64,000 nucleotides of DNA from Lepidodermella squamata (lineage: Eukaryota; Animalia; Gastrotricha): positions 3,844,001-3,908,000 of the forward strand of contig JBLDXI010000032.1 of NCBI GenBank assembly GCA_047495785.1. Reading direction: 5' to 3'. A program made the translations under genes and the position numbers. Positions 11,703-24,163 of this stretch are shown here, piece by piece (the first letter of the stretch is position 1; the number at the start of each line of letters is the position of its first letter). The notes under the pieces are model-generated. The model was not told the origin of the DNA and made no database searches. It saw only the letters and a list, made by a program, of their open reading frames with translations.

Positions 11703-14700
11703 ATGCCTGACTACCTGGGGGACGACATGCGCAAGACGAATGAGGTTAAGGAGGAAGAGGAAAAACCGATTCAGGCCCTCGACGCTGGTGACATTGAAAT
11801 TTTGAAGACATATGGCGTTGGCATGTACACCCGGTCGATTAAGAAATGCCAGGAAGAAATCGACGGTCTAGTGAAAAAGGTGAACGAACTATCGGGTATT
11901 AAAGAGTCCGATACTGGTCTTGCTTCGCCCGCTCTCTGGGATTTAGCTGCCGATAAACAAGTGCTGCAGACCGAACAGCCGCTGCAAGTCGCTCGCTGTA
12001 CGAAAATCATCAACACCAACCCAGACGAACCGCGTTACATCATTAATGTCAAGCAGTTCGCAAAATTCGTGGTCGAACTCAGCGAGAATGTTGCGCCGAC
12101 CGATATCGAGGAGGGCATGCGAGTTGGTGTCGATCGTAACAAGTACCAGATCCACCTGCCTCTCCCACCTAAAATCGACCCAACCGTCACGATGATGCAG
12201 GTCGAAGAGAAGCCTGATATCACGTATGCGGATGTTGGTGGTTGTAAGGAGCAGATTGAAAAGCTGCGCGAGGTCGTTGAACTGCCGCTTCTCCACCCGG
12301 AACGTTTCGTCAACCTCGGTATCGAACCGCCGAAGGGTGTTCTTTGCTACGGCCCGCCTGGTACGGGCAAGACGTTGTGCGCGCGAGCTGTCGCTAACCG
12401 AACGGACGCGTGTTTCATCCGTGTTATTGGCTCTGAACTTGTTCAGAAATACGTTGGAGAGGGTGCGCGCATGGTTCGTGAACTGTTCGAGATGGCGCGC
12501 GGCAAGAAGGCGTGCATCATCTTCTTTGATGAAATCGACGCAATCGGCGGCGCGCGGTTCGATGACGGCGCTGGTGGTGACAATGAAGTGCAGCGTACTA
12601 TGCTCGAGTTGATCAACCAGCTCGACGGCTTCGACCCTCGCGGTAACATCAAGGTGCTCATGGCCACCAACAGACCTGACACCCTCGACCCCGCCCTAAC
12701 TCGACCAGGTAATTAATTTGCTTTGACCTTTAACAAGTTAAAAGTGGCGTTGCGCGATATATTCTACCTTATTGAGGCGCTTATTTTTCTCAAAGAGGTT
12801 TTCACTAGTAAACATTGAAGTAAACATAGTTGAACTAGTAAACATTGTTTCTCAGCTTCTTCGATGGCTATTAGTCTAATCTTGAATCGTTGTCCCCAAA
12901 TTTAAGCCTTAGCAGGGTTGTTTTCGTAAGCATCAGATTTGGAGGGTCTAGATAAAATTCACGTTTCACGTCTCTCGCCGAGGCGGGAATCTGACAGAGC
13001 TGTGTCACAACATGCGTATTGAAGGAAGATATTTTTTTTGGTTAGGCCCCAGAATCTGCCAGCGTAGGTGAAGTTACTAACCATAAAATAATTATATAGG
13101 AGATGATACGTATTTGGTGGCAAATATGTGGTGAACCGATTGATCATGGTGGGTAAAAACGTGGCAATTCGTTTCGTGTTCGCATTGACAACCTCAGCCA
13201 TTTTCAGCACCATTCTCCTAGGCGTTTCTCTAGAATGCTCGAAAAAATTTGGCAAGCACAGATAGGAAGGAGATTGTTGAACTTTTTCGGGTCTAAACGG
13301 CTACTCTTTTTTGTATATTGGAATCAGTAAAGCTCTGCGTCAGCACTCTGGGTACTCGCCTGTTTCCAGGATACGCGTGTATAATATGGCTAAGAAAGGA
13401 TATAAACCTTGCTTGTATCCAATCTAATTTGAGACATTCGTAGTCGATTTGATCTATGCCTGCACATGAACTAGATTTAGCTTTCTTTACAATTGTTTCT
13501 ATTTCTTCTACTGGTACTAGTTTTACAAGAGCTAGGTCGTCTTATCAGGAGATCTTATGATTCAGAGCTAAATTTGAAAATATTCCAGGCTAGAATAGTA
13601 ATTAATTTAATCATGGTTTCAACTTTAGACAGTGCATTTCGTGTTATGGGCATTTTGTACAATGCGATCATACTTGGCGCCTTAGCGCTGGTTTCAGCAT
13701 TTCGTGGCCGGCTGTAAGCCTGTTTCCACGGGGCGCTTCTTCGTACGGTTACGAGTGGAGGTCGCTGCTGCTGCTGGTGGTAGTTGTTGTTGCGGTTGAG
13801 GTTGTCGTCGAATTAGTCATCTTCATCACCCATTTCGTTGTTGAACGTGGTCGCGTTGTTGTTGTTTTTGTTTTTGACCCAGCCATGGCCTCCCAAGGCC
13901 CCATTGGCCGGTGGGTTTCGCTTGAAGGTGGCGTCCGGAGCGGTGCCGTAGTCGCGGCCTTTTGCTGCGGCCTGGTTGTTGGCGCCGCCGCCGCCGCCGC
14001 CACCAATAGGCTGTTGGTGTTGCTGGCCCCCTTGTGCAACGCGTTACTGCGGTGGTTGTTGTTGACGCCTCTGCTGTTGATGTCTGTAGAACCTGTTGAG
14101 CCTCGTCGGCCTTCGAGCGATTTGCCCATCGGTTTGTCACCGTTTATTTGATAACTTGATAATTTAAATTTGATAATTGTTCTCACTGATAAGTTTCACT
14201 AGCTGCTCAAGAAGGGCCTTGCGTATCACCTGCTTGTGGGGCGGTAGGTACCTCGAGATCCATACTCTGGTGCCAGGAATTTGCGTTTCTGATACCTGAG
14301 GGCCTTGTATACGAGCGAGATCGCATCGGGTGCCGTAGTAACATGTATTTGGCGAGTTGTCACGTCTCCTACTGCATTCCTTCGAGGGGCCCGAAACGCT
14401 GGCACGAAATTGGTACGCCGCACAGCATCGGCACACACTCGAAGATCGTATAAATAAGGGGCTGCTCAGTTTCCCGTGCCACTTCGGGGATACTGCCAAC
14501 CAAAATCGACCAGAGGTATCCCTCATCCCTCGATTCTGCTAGTTCACCGCGACAGATCGCTCACCGTCGATGGCAAGGTGTCGACTGGGCTCTCAGCCGG
14601 TTAATTTCTTCGTTGTCCATAGTTAATTTGCCAATAGAAAACTTATTTCTTACGCTTAGCACGCGATTCTAGTTAGGAAAAATCGAGTTGCTTTCAGAAC

Positions 14701-17700
14701 GAAAAAGTGGTTCAAAGTATAATTATGCGTAAACGAAGATTTCGAAGCTAGAATAAAACTTCAGGTACATCTAGAAAGGCAACGATAGTAGATAGTAGCG
14801 TTAGCTTAACGATAGTATAAAACTACTCTAATATATATGTTAGAGCACCGAGTTAAGATTGTAATAGAGAAAACGCGAAATCGGAAAAAAACCTAATTTC
14901 GAGTTTACTCGAGGGAGCGTTTTCGAATTTGGGATCAAACGAGCGATCTAGCATCATTAGAGCATATGATGGGGGGGAACGTAAAACGTTCCATAATTAG
15001 TGTTTTACTTTTTGTTTGTCCTGGTGTCCGCACCCGTTTTCCGCACGGTGGCAACGGTGGCAACGGTGACCTATGGCCTTAAATTCATAAATAATATGAT
15101 ATTTTCGGTCATCACTAAGTTTAAATTGGCGAATGATACACCATACTATCAATTATTATGCGCCTGGACCTATGTCAGTATCGTATTTTAATGAGATCGG
15201 CGGCTACTCAAATGTTAATATGTAATATGTCTACGACAACCTTCTACCGCCTTAGTAAAATATGTTATCCGGATCGTATCGTAAAATATGCCTTCTTAAT
15301 GGCCGAATTATAAACTCATAAAACCTTCTTCCAAGCAGGGATTTTTTGATATTTTCTAAACAGGCAGGCTTTTTTGATATTTTTATATCAAAAAATGCCC
15401 GCTTGTCCAGAAAATGTCACCAAAAACCCCACTTGTCAAACACACAAGAGAAACCCGAAAAAGTTCAAGCAACACTTCAAAACGATTTTATTGAAAATCA
15501 CAAAAATGGGATGAAAATTGGGCAGAACTCCGGAAGAAAAAGCGCGAGACCGGTATCAAATCGGGCAGGATTCACCCCCATCGAACAGCACTTGGCCATG
15601 AGCTCGTGAAAATCGGGCAGAACTCGTCCAGAATTTCGCGAAAATTGAGCAGAATTCGTCCAGGATGTCGCGGGGCCAGCTTTCAAGCAGCAACAATCGG
15701 CCAGCTTTCGATGAAATCGAAGAGAGCTCAGGTAGCATTGGATCCCAGAATCGCAACAGGGCATCGATTGCGACATTGAAAGCAAGAAGATACAGAACGG
15801 CATGGTTCGAAAATCGAGCGATTCCTGACACCGTGGCAAATAGCAGCCTTTCGTTCGAAAGTCGAAGGGTCGTTTGAAAGTCGCATTGGTAGCCATCCGA
15901 AGCCAACCGAGCAGAACCATCTTGCGTCCGACAGCCCAATTTTGTGATTCAGTAGCAGCAATTTGTTGAGCATGCGAGAAATGCGGGAAATTCGATGTGA
16001 AAAACAAACCAAAAACTCGCAAAATGAAGAATGCGAGAATAAAATGGGCAAGCAACAAATTTCATGATTTTTTTAAGTTGGATTTTTCAATTTCAAATTA
16101 TAGCCATAGAAATTCAGCGAGAGTGTACCATAAAATACTAGTAACCCTGAAAATTTTACGATTCGACCCGGATAACACACATATACGGAAGCCAATCAGG
16201 TTATATGGGTTTAAAATCGCCTTCAGGCGATATAAACCCATATACCCTTCTTGTCTTCTGTATATTATATAATATTAAATTCGATTTCGGTCAATAAACA
16301 TTCCAATAGTTTTAGATTTATTAAGTCGTCGTGCTCACGACTGGGTCATCGTACTCGCTCTTACAGCTTAATGAGTCATCGCACTCACTCGCTGTAGGGC
16401 CGACTGTGATATCTAACTTTATAGTTATAGAGAGTCATGTCTCAAGTCCTCGGTACTTATAAATTTACAATGCAACGGAGCATTGCGGTGAGTGGGGACT
16501 GTCTCGGACTTCTCTCAATGACATAATTTAGCAAAACTCTGATCGTGAACATTATTTCGCGAGAAATAGACCGGCTCCTGCCGATTGTGATCATGGGCGT
16601 GCATCTTCGTTATTGAAGTATCAAGCTCAGCTTACGGTACGCTCAGCGTATTCACACCTTAGCTCAGCGTACAAGCTCAGCTTGTTATAGCCGAAGCCAG
16701 CTAACCTTATCAAGTTCACCTTACTAGCGGGCAGGTTAAGCTGAGCTGACAAGCTGAGCGCAGTAGAATATTAAGTACGAGAATATTTGTGTAGTTTAAC
16801 ACGCTGAGCTGGTTTGTCTCCGATCTCAAGTTCAGCTTGTCAGCTGAGCTTATTAATTACACTAGTAAGCTAAGCTGGCCAACTGAACTGAGCTAGTTAT
16901 TTATTAACTTGCTGAGCTTGTTCATGGTTTAGCTGAGCTGACTATAAGCTGAGCTTGCTATTTATATAACGAAGTGCAACACGGCTTCGATTTTCCGTTA
17001 TCCGCTCTTTCGTACTTCGGCCGTGCGAGATCTACAAGACGGAGCGAGCGGAGTCGAGTTGATCTCTCGCGGCCGTGGTCTCGCCATCTTTTCTTACTAA
17101 TAAGGTAAAGAGCTTTTTGTGGGGAATCCTCAGGACTTCTCCAGATTATAATAACTCTAGTCGCTATAACTCGTTCGCTCACTCGGCCGTGATATCATTT
17201 TAAGGCAGACAGAATTAATGAAATATTGTCCCAAGAATTTGTATTCGGGTGGGTTTCGGCTCATTGAAAATTCCGAAATTTGGTCCGCTACAGCCAAATT
17301 TGATTCCGCTAAAAGATATTCTGATTGTATATTAGCTTCAAGTGCTTACTTTTGTAGCAAATTTAGATATAGCGTAACTATTTAGTGGGACTCATTCGCT
17401 TACTCGCAACCCACATCTGCATTAACAGCTGTACATTCCCCCGTCTCTGGTAGCTAACCCGATAGGGGTAGCGTCCAGCCAATCATCTAATTTTCAGGGA
17501 CTAAATCAGCGGTTCGCTAACTTTTTTTAGATGCCATAATATGAAAAGGCCACCATGGCGGCATCCGAGTTGACCCCATATGCCACTCATGATGACAACA
17601 AAAAGCGATTATTTGATACATTACGATTATCATTTGTTCAATCTTGTTCAACATTTTTTTCATTTGGTAAAAGTACATGAATATTTCGCCTGCGTCAATT

Positions 17701-19325
17701 AGGAGAACCAGTTTTCTATCTATATTGGCGAGCGAAGCGAGCTATAGTTAAGCGATATTTGACCAGAATTTTCGCCGAGTAACGTCTCAGATCGAAGGAA
17801 GACAACACTTCCGGGAAAGCTAGTCTTAAAAGCTCGGAATGCATGCTACCGCGCTAGACCCGGATGCCCGAGTGGCACATATGACACAGGCTGCGAACCG
17901 CTGGACTAAACGAGACGCACGCCAAGAAAAGGGCCCATATATTTCTGACTCAAATAAAAACCGGGGGTGCGCTTTCTACAAAAAGAGCAAAGATTCAATA
18001 TTGGCCTTTTTTAACGTGCGTCTCAAATAATGAGTTTTTCACCTCATTTCAATATAATTTTCTGATGCAAGGGAGCGCTGTAACCTTGCCGAACATGTTC
18101 AGCTCAGAGAATTGTCACTCGTTGCACGATGAGTGAGTCTCTTGCACGGCGATAATTCGTTCGATAAACATCTACATTGCGGCTTTAAAAAATGGGAAAC
18201 GTTGAACTCGTCTCCATACTCGTTGCTCTTGGCTGCGCCTTGTTTCACTCTTGCTTCGACTCGTCTCGACTGGCGCCGACTAGGCTCGTTTCACTCGCCT
18301 TTTACAGCCATACTCGCATTCGCCTCGTTTTGATCATAAGGCATTGCTGCGTTCGCCTGTCGTAACCTCGGCTTGCGTCTCCGTTATGCCAGCATTTTGT
18401 GCGCGTATGATTTAATTATTGCTGTGCCTTGAAATGCTTTGCTGGTTTATGAATGGGAATTTGCTCGCACAAAGTAACAACGCAAATTAGAAAAACGCCT
18501 GCCATCTTGGTGAAATGCGCGATAATTAACAATAGTCCGATTTGCTGTACAATACTGGTGTTAATGTTGAAATGGGCTGATAGGAAAATTCAGAATTCAG
18601 TTTGTATATAGAACGACCCCAGGGTGATAATTCTGGTTAGCGAAGAGAGAATTTCTCCGATAAAGCTTTTCTCGGGACAAATGTTAATCACCATTATAAG
18701 CTCAGATCGCGAGCATTTGAGCGGTAAGAAGCTAGCTACAATATCGGGTGTGATGACCGAGTAGTCACAGGAAGAAGCCACTTGCTTGATGAATCACGAA
18801 AAAGGCAGTTACGTCATTTCGACACTATGCTTCAAATTTTTAGCTAGAGTGATAACTATGCTTGAAAGCTACCTAACGTCAAAATCTCACGATGTTTCGG
18901 CTACTCAAGTTTGGCTAGACTCAATTATTATTATCATTATTCCATCATCTTACTATCGAACTATCGAGCGCAAAACTTGTTCATCTCTACTTGCAATTTC
19001 ATGGAATTTATTTTACTCTTTTACAGGTCGTCTCGATCGTAAAATCGAGTTTGGTTTGCCTGATCTCGAAGGTCGCACGAATATCTTCCGCATTCACGCG
19101 AAGCAGATGAGTGTCGAGAAAGGCATTCGTTACGAACTGCTGGGCCGTTTGTGCCCGAACTCGACCGGTGCCGAAATCCGATCGGTGTGCACCGAAGCTG
19201 GCATGTTCGCTATCCGCGCCCGCCGCAAGGTCGCCACCGAGAAGGACTTCATCGAAGCTGTTAACAAGGTCATCAAGTCATACGCCAAGTTCAGCGCAAC
19301 GCCACGCTACATGACCTACAATTAG
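11703..19325 (+). CDS. PSMC2: 26S proteasome AAA-ATPase subunit Rpt1 (regulatory subunit 7); exons 11703-12708 and 19027-19325
   Basis: MPDYLG start, GPPGTGKT Walker A, FFDEID Walker B; GT-AG intron 12709-19026 joins RPG|RLDRKIEF; ends ATPRYMTYN; 434 aa. Confidence 0.98.
13749..14560 (-). mobile_element. Possible decayed LINE ORF1-like remnant in the PSMC2 intron
   Basis: [23 protein letters not shown] resembles IKASRYLSFHTRE of ORF1 at 23175; followed by low-complexity A/T/N/Q-rich coding-like sequence; frameshifted. Confidence 0.35.
16622..16957. mobile_element. MITE/foldback-like element built from AGCTCAGC/GCTGAGCT units
   Basis: Perfect 13-bp inverted ends CAAGCTCAGCTTA (16622-16634) and TAAGCTGAGCTTG (16945-16957) with many internal copies of the motif in both orientations. 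Confidence 0.65.
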
Positions 19326-19619
19326 AACAGTCTCAGAGTTAGTGCTCAGAGATCCGCTGGATAATCTCTGATGCAAAGTAAAAATAAGCGATTTTCGCGT
19401 CTCTCTTTCCACTTATTCTTAAACACACGTTGTGGTGATTGGTGGCCAGCTCAGCCACCTTAATGTAATACAATTATAGGCTCTTCTCTTCTGTTCAAAA
19501 CAAGTAAAACTAAACACTTAGATTGCTTTTTAAGGCCAATAAAATTGAAAACCGGAATTTTACCGAATTGATGTCTCTTATTTTCTGATGGCAATAGGGT
19601 GTGTCTTTTTGAGTGGGAA

Positions 19620-20812
19620 ATGTTTAATCGGCGTGTTTTTTCGAGTGTGATAACTACTGTTGTCCGAAGCAAACACAATAAGCCACGAATTAAGCACAAC
19701 GCTCCGCCTCCTGCCGCTGAGAAGGCGAAGTTCGTTCCGAAAGCGTTTCTTGAGAAACAACTGGCAGCTGCTGCGGCTGCAGAGAGGCTTATCGCGACAG
19801 AACGGCCAGGCGCATCTCTAGACGGCGAAGATCTCGAGGAGTGGCTGAAGAGGAAACCAGTCGATAATGTGTGGATTCGCGAGCACTACCCGCCCCAACC
19901 CATCAGCGTTGCCGAAGCTGTCCTAGTTTGTTGCCTAAACTCGTGCAATTTTCTATACTTGACGTTACATAATGTGCATTCAGAGACACCGAGAACTTGC
20001 TCAACCAGCGATGCTCAATAACCCGAACGGCTTGTTGCATTTGAATTTGCGCCTAGATATGACTACAGCCAAGAAAACCAAATTTGTTGGCCAGTTCGGT
20101 AACACTGTTCGTTTGCCTCATGAATTCGACGACGGCAGAGTTAGGCGAATTTTGGCATTCTGCAAAACCACCCAGGACCAGGATACAGCTATGCAAATGG
20201 GCGCGATCCGCGTTGGGCTCGATGAACTAATCAAAGCGGTAATTTTTGAAGCGATTATTTTTTTTTCTTTCTGTAAGTTCTCGCCTTTTCTGGTCCAAGG
20301 TTCAAGAGGATGAGTTGACTCGAAGTGACTATGACTTTGCCGTGGCAACGCTTGATGTTGTCGCCGAAATATTGCCGACTCGGTCGAAAATGAAAGACCG
20401 TTTCCCGTCGAAAATGAAAGGCACGTTGGGTGCAAATATGGCCGAACTAATGGAGTTTTGCCTGAAAGGCAAGACGTACGAATCTGAGAAGTTGACGGAC
20501 GCAGTTGCGGCGTTGAAAACGCCGTTTGGCCGGCTGAAAATGGACCCGGAACAGCTGCATGAAAACGTCAAGGCTCTCATGGCTTCGATAGCGCAGCAAA
20601 AGCAAAGCGGCGGCCAGTTCATTGTTCGCGCCACAATTACGTGCCCGCCCTCTCCTGAGGAGTTCTTCATCGATCACGTGGCCTATATTCCGAAACAGAA
20701 GCCAGGCGACGCTGGCAAAAAGGGCCGAAAAGCAGTTGTTAGCGATGAAGACGAATATGGTGCTGATGAAGGAGCAGAGGACGAAGAAGTGAAATCAGCT
20801 GCTAAAAATTAG
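19620..20812 (+). CDS. MRPL1: Mitochondrial ribosomal protein uL1m; introns 19926-19983 and 20239-20299
   Basis: Basic N-terminal targeting-like peptide; KPVDNVWIREHYP, LRLDM, VRLPHEF, ILAFCK, RFPSKMKGTLG, PFGRLKM; GT-AG junctions restore frame. Confidence 0.88.
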
Positions 20813-21167
20813 AACAAAAAATCCTCCCTAATCAATATAATTTTTGCGAATGAATAAAACCGTTTTTTACAACTCATTTTCAAGGCGTTTTGTTGTTGTC
20901 GTGGCTAGTGACCACTTTGCGTATGTTGTCACAAAACTCGCTTTTTGAGGATTGTGGGCTGTCATCAATGAATCATGAGACATGCGTAGAGGCTTGTTTT
21001 CACCCGCCGATCATCGATTGCAGCACTCCTTTACTACTACTATCAAACAATCAACAAGAGGTTTATTACGCATTCAAGCTGTGCCTATAGTGAATAGGGT
21101 GGCTATCGTTAGTGGTCTGGGGCTCTGCCATGGTAGGCTTAATTCACACGTTTTTATTCCCCTCAAA

Positions 21168-23022
21168 ATGTCGGATAGGAACAATGCTTCACAACATATC
21201 GAACTGATATCGTTAATGGGCGATTCTAAAGTTGAATTTCACTCACCGAACCGGCGAATAGTGGCAGCAGTCTTCAACACGACAAAGCAAAAATTGGTGC
21301 TTGGGTGCTTTATTTCACTTGTTGTTACAACCTTCGTGGCTAGCAGCGCTATTTCGGCTCTTCAAAGCAGGGACATCATTTTCAGACCAGTGAAGGACGC
21401 TTTCAATTATTGGGCCGAAAGCGGTGTTATTTCTGAGATGTCAGTTTCACATGACAGCACATCCGTTAAAATTGCAAACGATTACGATGACATCAATCCA
21501 GCTATTAACGGGGATTCTCGCTCAGTGCCAAAAAAGGAAAGAATACACAATTCTAGCCTGGATAACACTCAAAAATTGGTCGTTTTCATGACTGACTTTT
21601 TCGGCGACCAATGGAAGTCGCATTTCCACGATTTCGGCGGTTCAACATTGCCGGGTAGCGATGATTCATCGCACAATAGAACGTGTTTATTCACAACTCA
21701 CAGAAACCTCTACGAAAAAGCAGACGCAGTCGTGTTTCACGGCCGCAATTTCGAGTTCGATAAGAAGCCCAAAAGTCGCAACCCGTCCCAACGCTGGTGC
21801 TATTACCTGTTGGAGAGTCCGTTACACAGTGGCTTTGACGATGGCATGTGGCAAAAAGCAAACGATTGGAAGATGAACTGGTCGATAACGTACAGCCGAC
21901 ATGCTGATGTCTGGGCTCCTTATGTACATTTGGTGCCTAGAATAACTCCATTGTCATTGAGCTCGCTGGAGGCAATCGATAAACGCATCGAAAATATCGC
22001 CGATTCGTTCATTAAACGGCCAAAGGATGCTGTCTGGATAGTTTCGAACTGCCAAACGCCTAGTAAACGCGAGATCATCGGTGAAAAGTTGAGAGCTTTA
22101 GGAATCGGAATCGATATATTTGGTGGCTGTGGATCGACTAGACCGGACAAAATGATCGAGAAAATGGGCTACGACGCATTCTATGCTCAATATCGCTATT
22201 ACCTATCTTTCGAAAATTCCTTGTGCCAAGATTATGTAATATTTGCGCTTTAATAGCTTTAATAGCTTTAATAACTTGGAAACTGCGCGTGTGTTCTCCG
22301 GTCTACATTTTGCACCGCTAAAATGTAGGCTCCCGCATTAAATTTGGGATCAGAGAAAGTCTAGGGCTGGCCCGGTTAATTTAGGGTGATTAAAACGATC
22401 ATCTGTTTCAAATAAATCGAATGTCTATGCCAAAGTCGCTCGCAGTTTGATAGTGATATAGCGCGTACAACAGAGCTAAAGTTGGTTTTTGTTTTGGCAG
22501 AAATCGTCTGAATAACAAATATTTGAATGAACCAAAAACGGTGAACACTGTTTCCCGCTTAACCTGTGATCATATAATATTATGAATAACAACGTTTCTG
22601 TTTTTCAGATAACTGAAAAATTCGGTTACGGCTTGAATGCATCGTTGAATAACGGCCTGATTCCTATAGTTTATGGGTCTGATGACTACACTGGTATAGC
22701 TCCGAATGGAAGTTTCGTTGACGTCGAAAAATTTTCCAGCTTGGAAACTCTTGCAAATTACCTCAAGCTGCTGAGAGGAAGTCGAGAAATGGCGGCAAGC
22801 TATTTTCAATGGCATCGCACTTATTCAGAGGTTTATTACGTCTATGTCAAGTATGCTTTCACCAACCTTTGCAAGAAACTATTCACTGAGGACGAGACGA
22901 GATGCCGGGCCAGTTCGACGGGAAATGCTCAACTCAATCCCTGCCTTAGTACCGAAACAACAATAAGTGATCTTCAGCAAAGGATAGGCACATGCCGTTC
23001 ACCGAAATTAACAAACTCCTAA
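21168..23022 (+). CDS. Alpha-1,3-fucosyltransferase (GT10 family); intron 22236-22618
   Basis: Type II TM segment, ADAVVFH, LESP, NWSITY, WIVSNC and signature YRYYLSFENSLCQDY|ITEK, IPIVYG; AATAAA at 23095. Confidence 0.92.
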
Positions 23023-23174
23023 TGCTAATTTTTGCGTTAATCAATATTTTTTATCACCAGTGGTGTAGCAAAAAAGGATGCAAAATATGCGGAGAATAAA
23101 TTTAATAATCTGCGTATCGATTTTCGAATTCTAAGGTTTTTATTTAAAACAAGTTGTTTTTACTCATTACGACA

Positions 23175-24137
23175 ATGGCAACTGAGCTATTGAACACTTT
23201 GGTCGAACTTCTTGAGTTACTGGAAGCTCGCAGCCCCGAAGCCGAAGAGTGGCCGAGCGTTAGACGGGTGGTTAATCGACTGATGGTCGAATTTCTTCGA
23301 GTGGTCGAAACCAATGCAAATTTAACCGAAAAGCTGAGAGATCTCAGCATATGCGTACATCGCCTTGAGAAACGGGAAGCGGCTCACTGGGTCGTGATTC
23401 ATGGTCTTCCCAAGGAGGCCGACGCGGCGGTTATTACCGGCAAACTGGGCGAACTACTTGGGGACATTCCCTACGACAGCTTCGAAAAGCTTGGCGAGTC
23501 TACCTGGCGGGTAAGTTTTCAAGCCGAATCAACGGCGCAGCTGGTCTTGGCACAAGTCGCTCGTGATTGGCCGAAGCCAATTAAAGCGAGCCGGTACTTG
23601 AGCTTCCACACTCGAGAATACATGGAAGGAGCCCGCAAGTACGTCGACGAGCGCCCGGGCCAGGAACTCACGGCTCGTGGAAACAGCGCCTTTGACAAGG
23701 AAGGAAAACGGGTTGCGTACTTCAACTCAGCTAAAGGTGGAATGGTCCAGATCAAGCGCCCTGCAAACGATGAAAATGTCACCAAACGACGTGGCAGTAC
23801 GTTCGGCGGGGCCGGAGGTGTCGACAAGCCGGATGGCGAGAACCAGGCCAAAACTGATGACCTGGGAAAAAACCAGGCCAAGACAGAAAAACAACAAAAA
23901 CAACACCTGGCTCAGTCAGCATCACGTGGCAAGCGTGGCGCGTGCTTCAACTGTGGCGAAGATGGTCACTGGCGTGACAGCTGTCCGAAACCACGTGACC
24001 AGACAAACACGAACAGACTGGCGCGCAATGGTGTTACCGGCAAATACGGCTTCAACCCAAATTTGTTGAAAAAATCTGCTTACAAGCAGTTTTCAAGAGG
24101 AAAACGAACACAATCCGCCGTTTCCGAAAAACCTTAA
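23175..24137 (+). CDS. LINE ORF1 (coiled coil, RRM-like region, single CCHC knuckle)
   Basis: Heptad-rich N-terminus, VVIHGLP, CFNCGEDGHWRDSC; uninterrupted. Confidence 0.8.
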   Translation: MATELLNTLVELLELLEARSPEAEEWPSVRRVVNRLMVEFLRVVETNANLTEKLRDLSICVHRLEKREAAHWVVIHGLPKEADAAVITGKLGELLGDIPYDSFEKLGESTWRVSFQAESTAQLVLAQVARDWPKPIKASRYLSFHTREYMEGARKYVDERPGQELTARGNSAFDKEGKRVAYFNSAKGGMVQIKRPANDENVTKRRGSTFGGAGGVDKPDGENQAKTDDLGKNQAKTEKQQKQHLAQSASRGKRGACFNCGEDGHWRDSCPKPRDQTNTNRLARNGVTGKYGFNPNLLKKSAYKQFSRGKRTQSAVSEKP

Positions 24138-24163
24138 TAAAAGTTACCAAGGCGGTTACGACA

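Noticed and set aside
14960-16300. Overlapping ORFs in the PSMC2 intron as a nested gene
   Set aside because: No recognisable motif or consistent exon structure; probably decayed repeat
18786-19026. N-terminal part of ORF 18786-19325 as a separate protein
   Set aside because: It is intronic read-through; homology to Rpt1 starts at the acceptor at 19026
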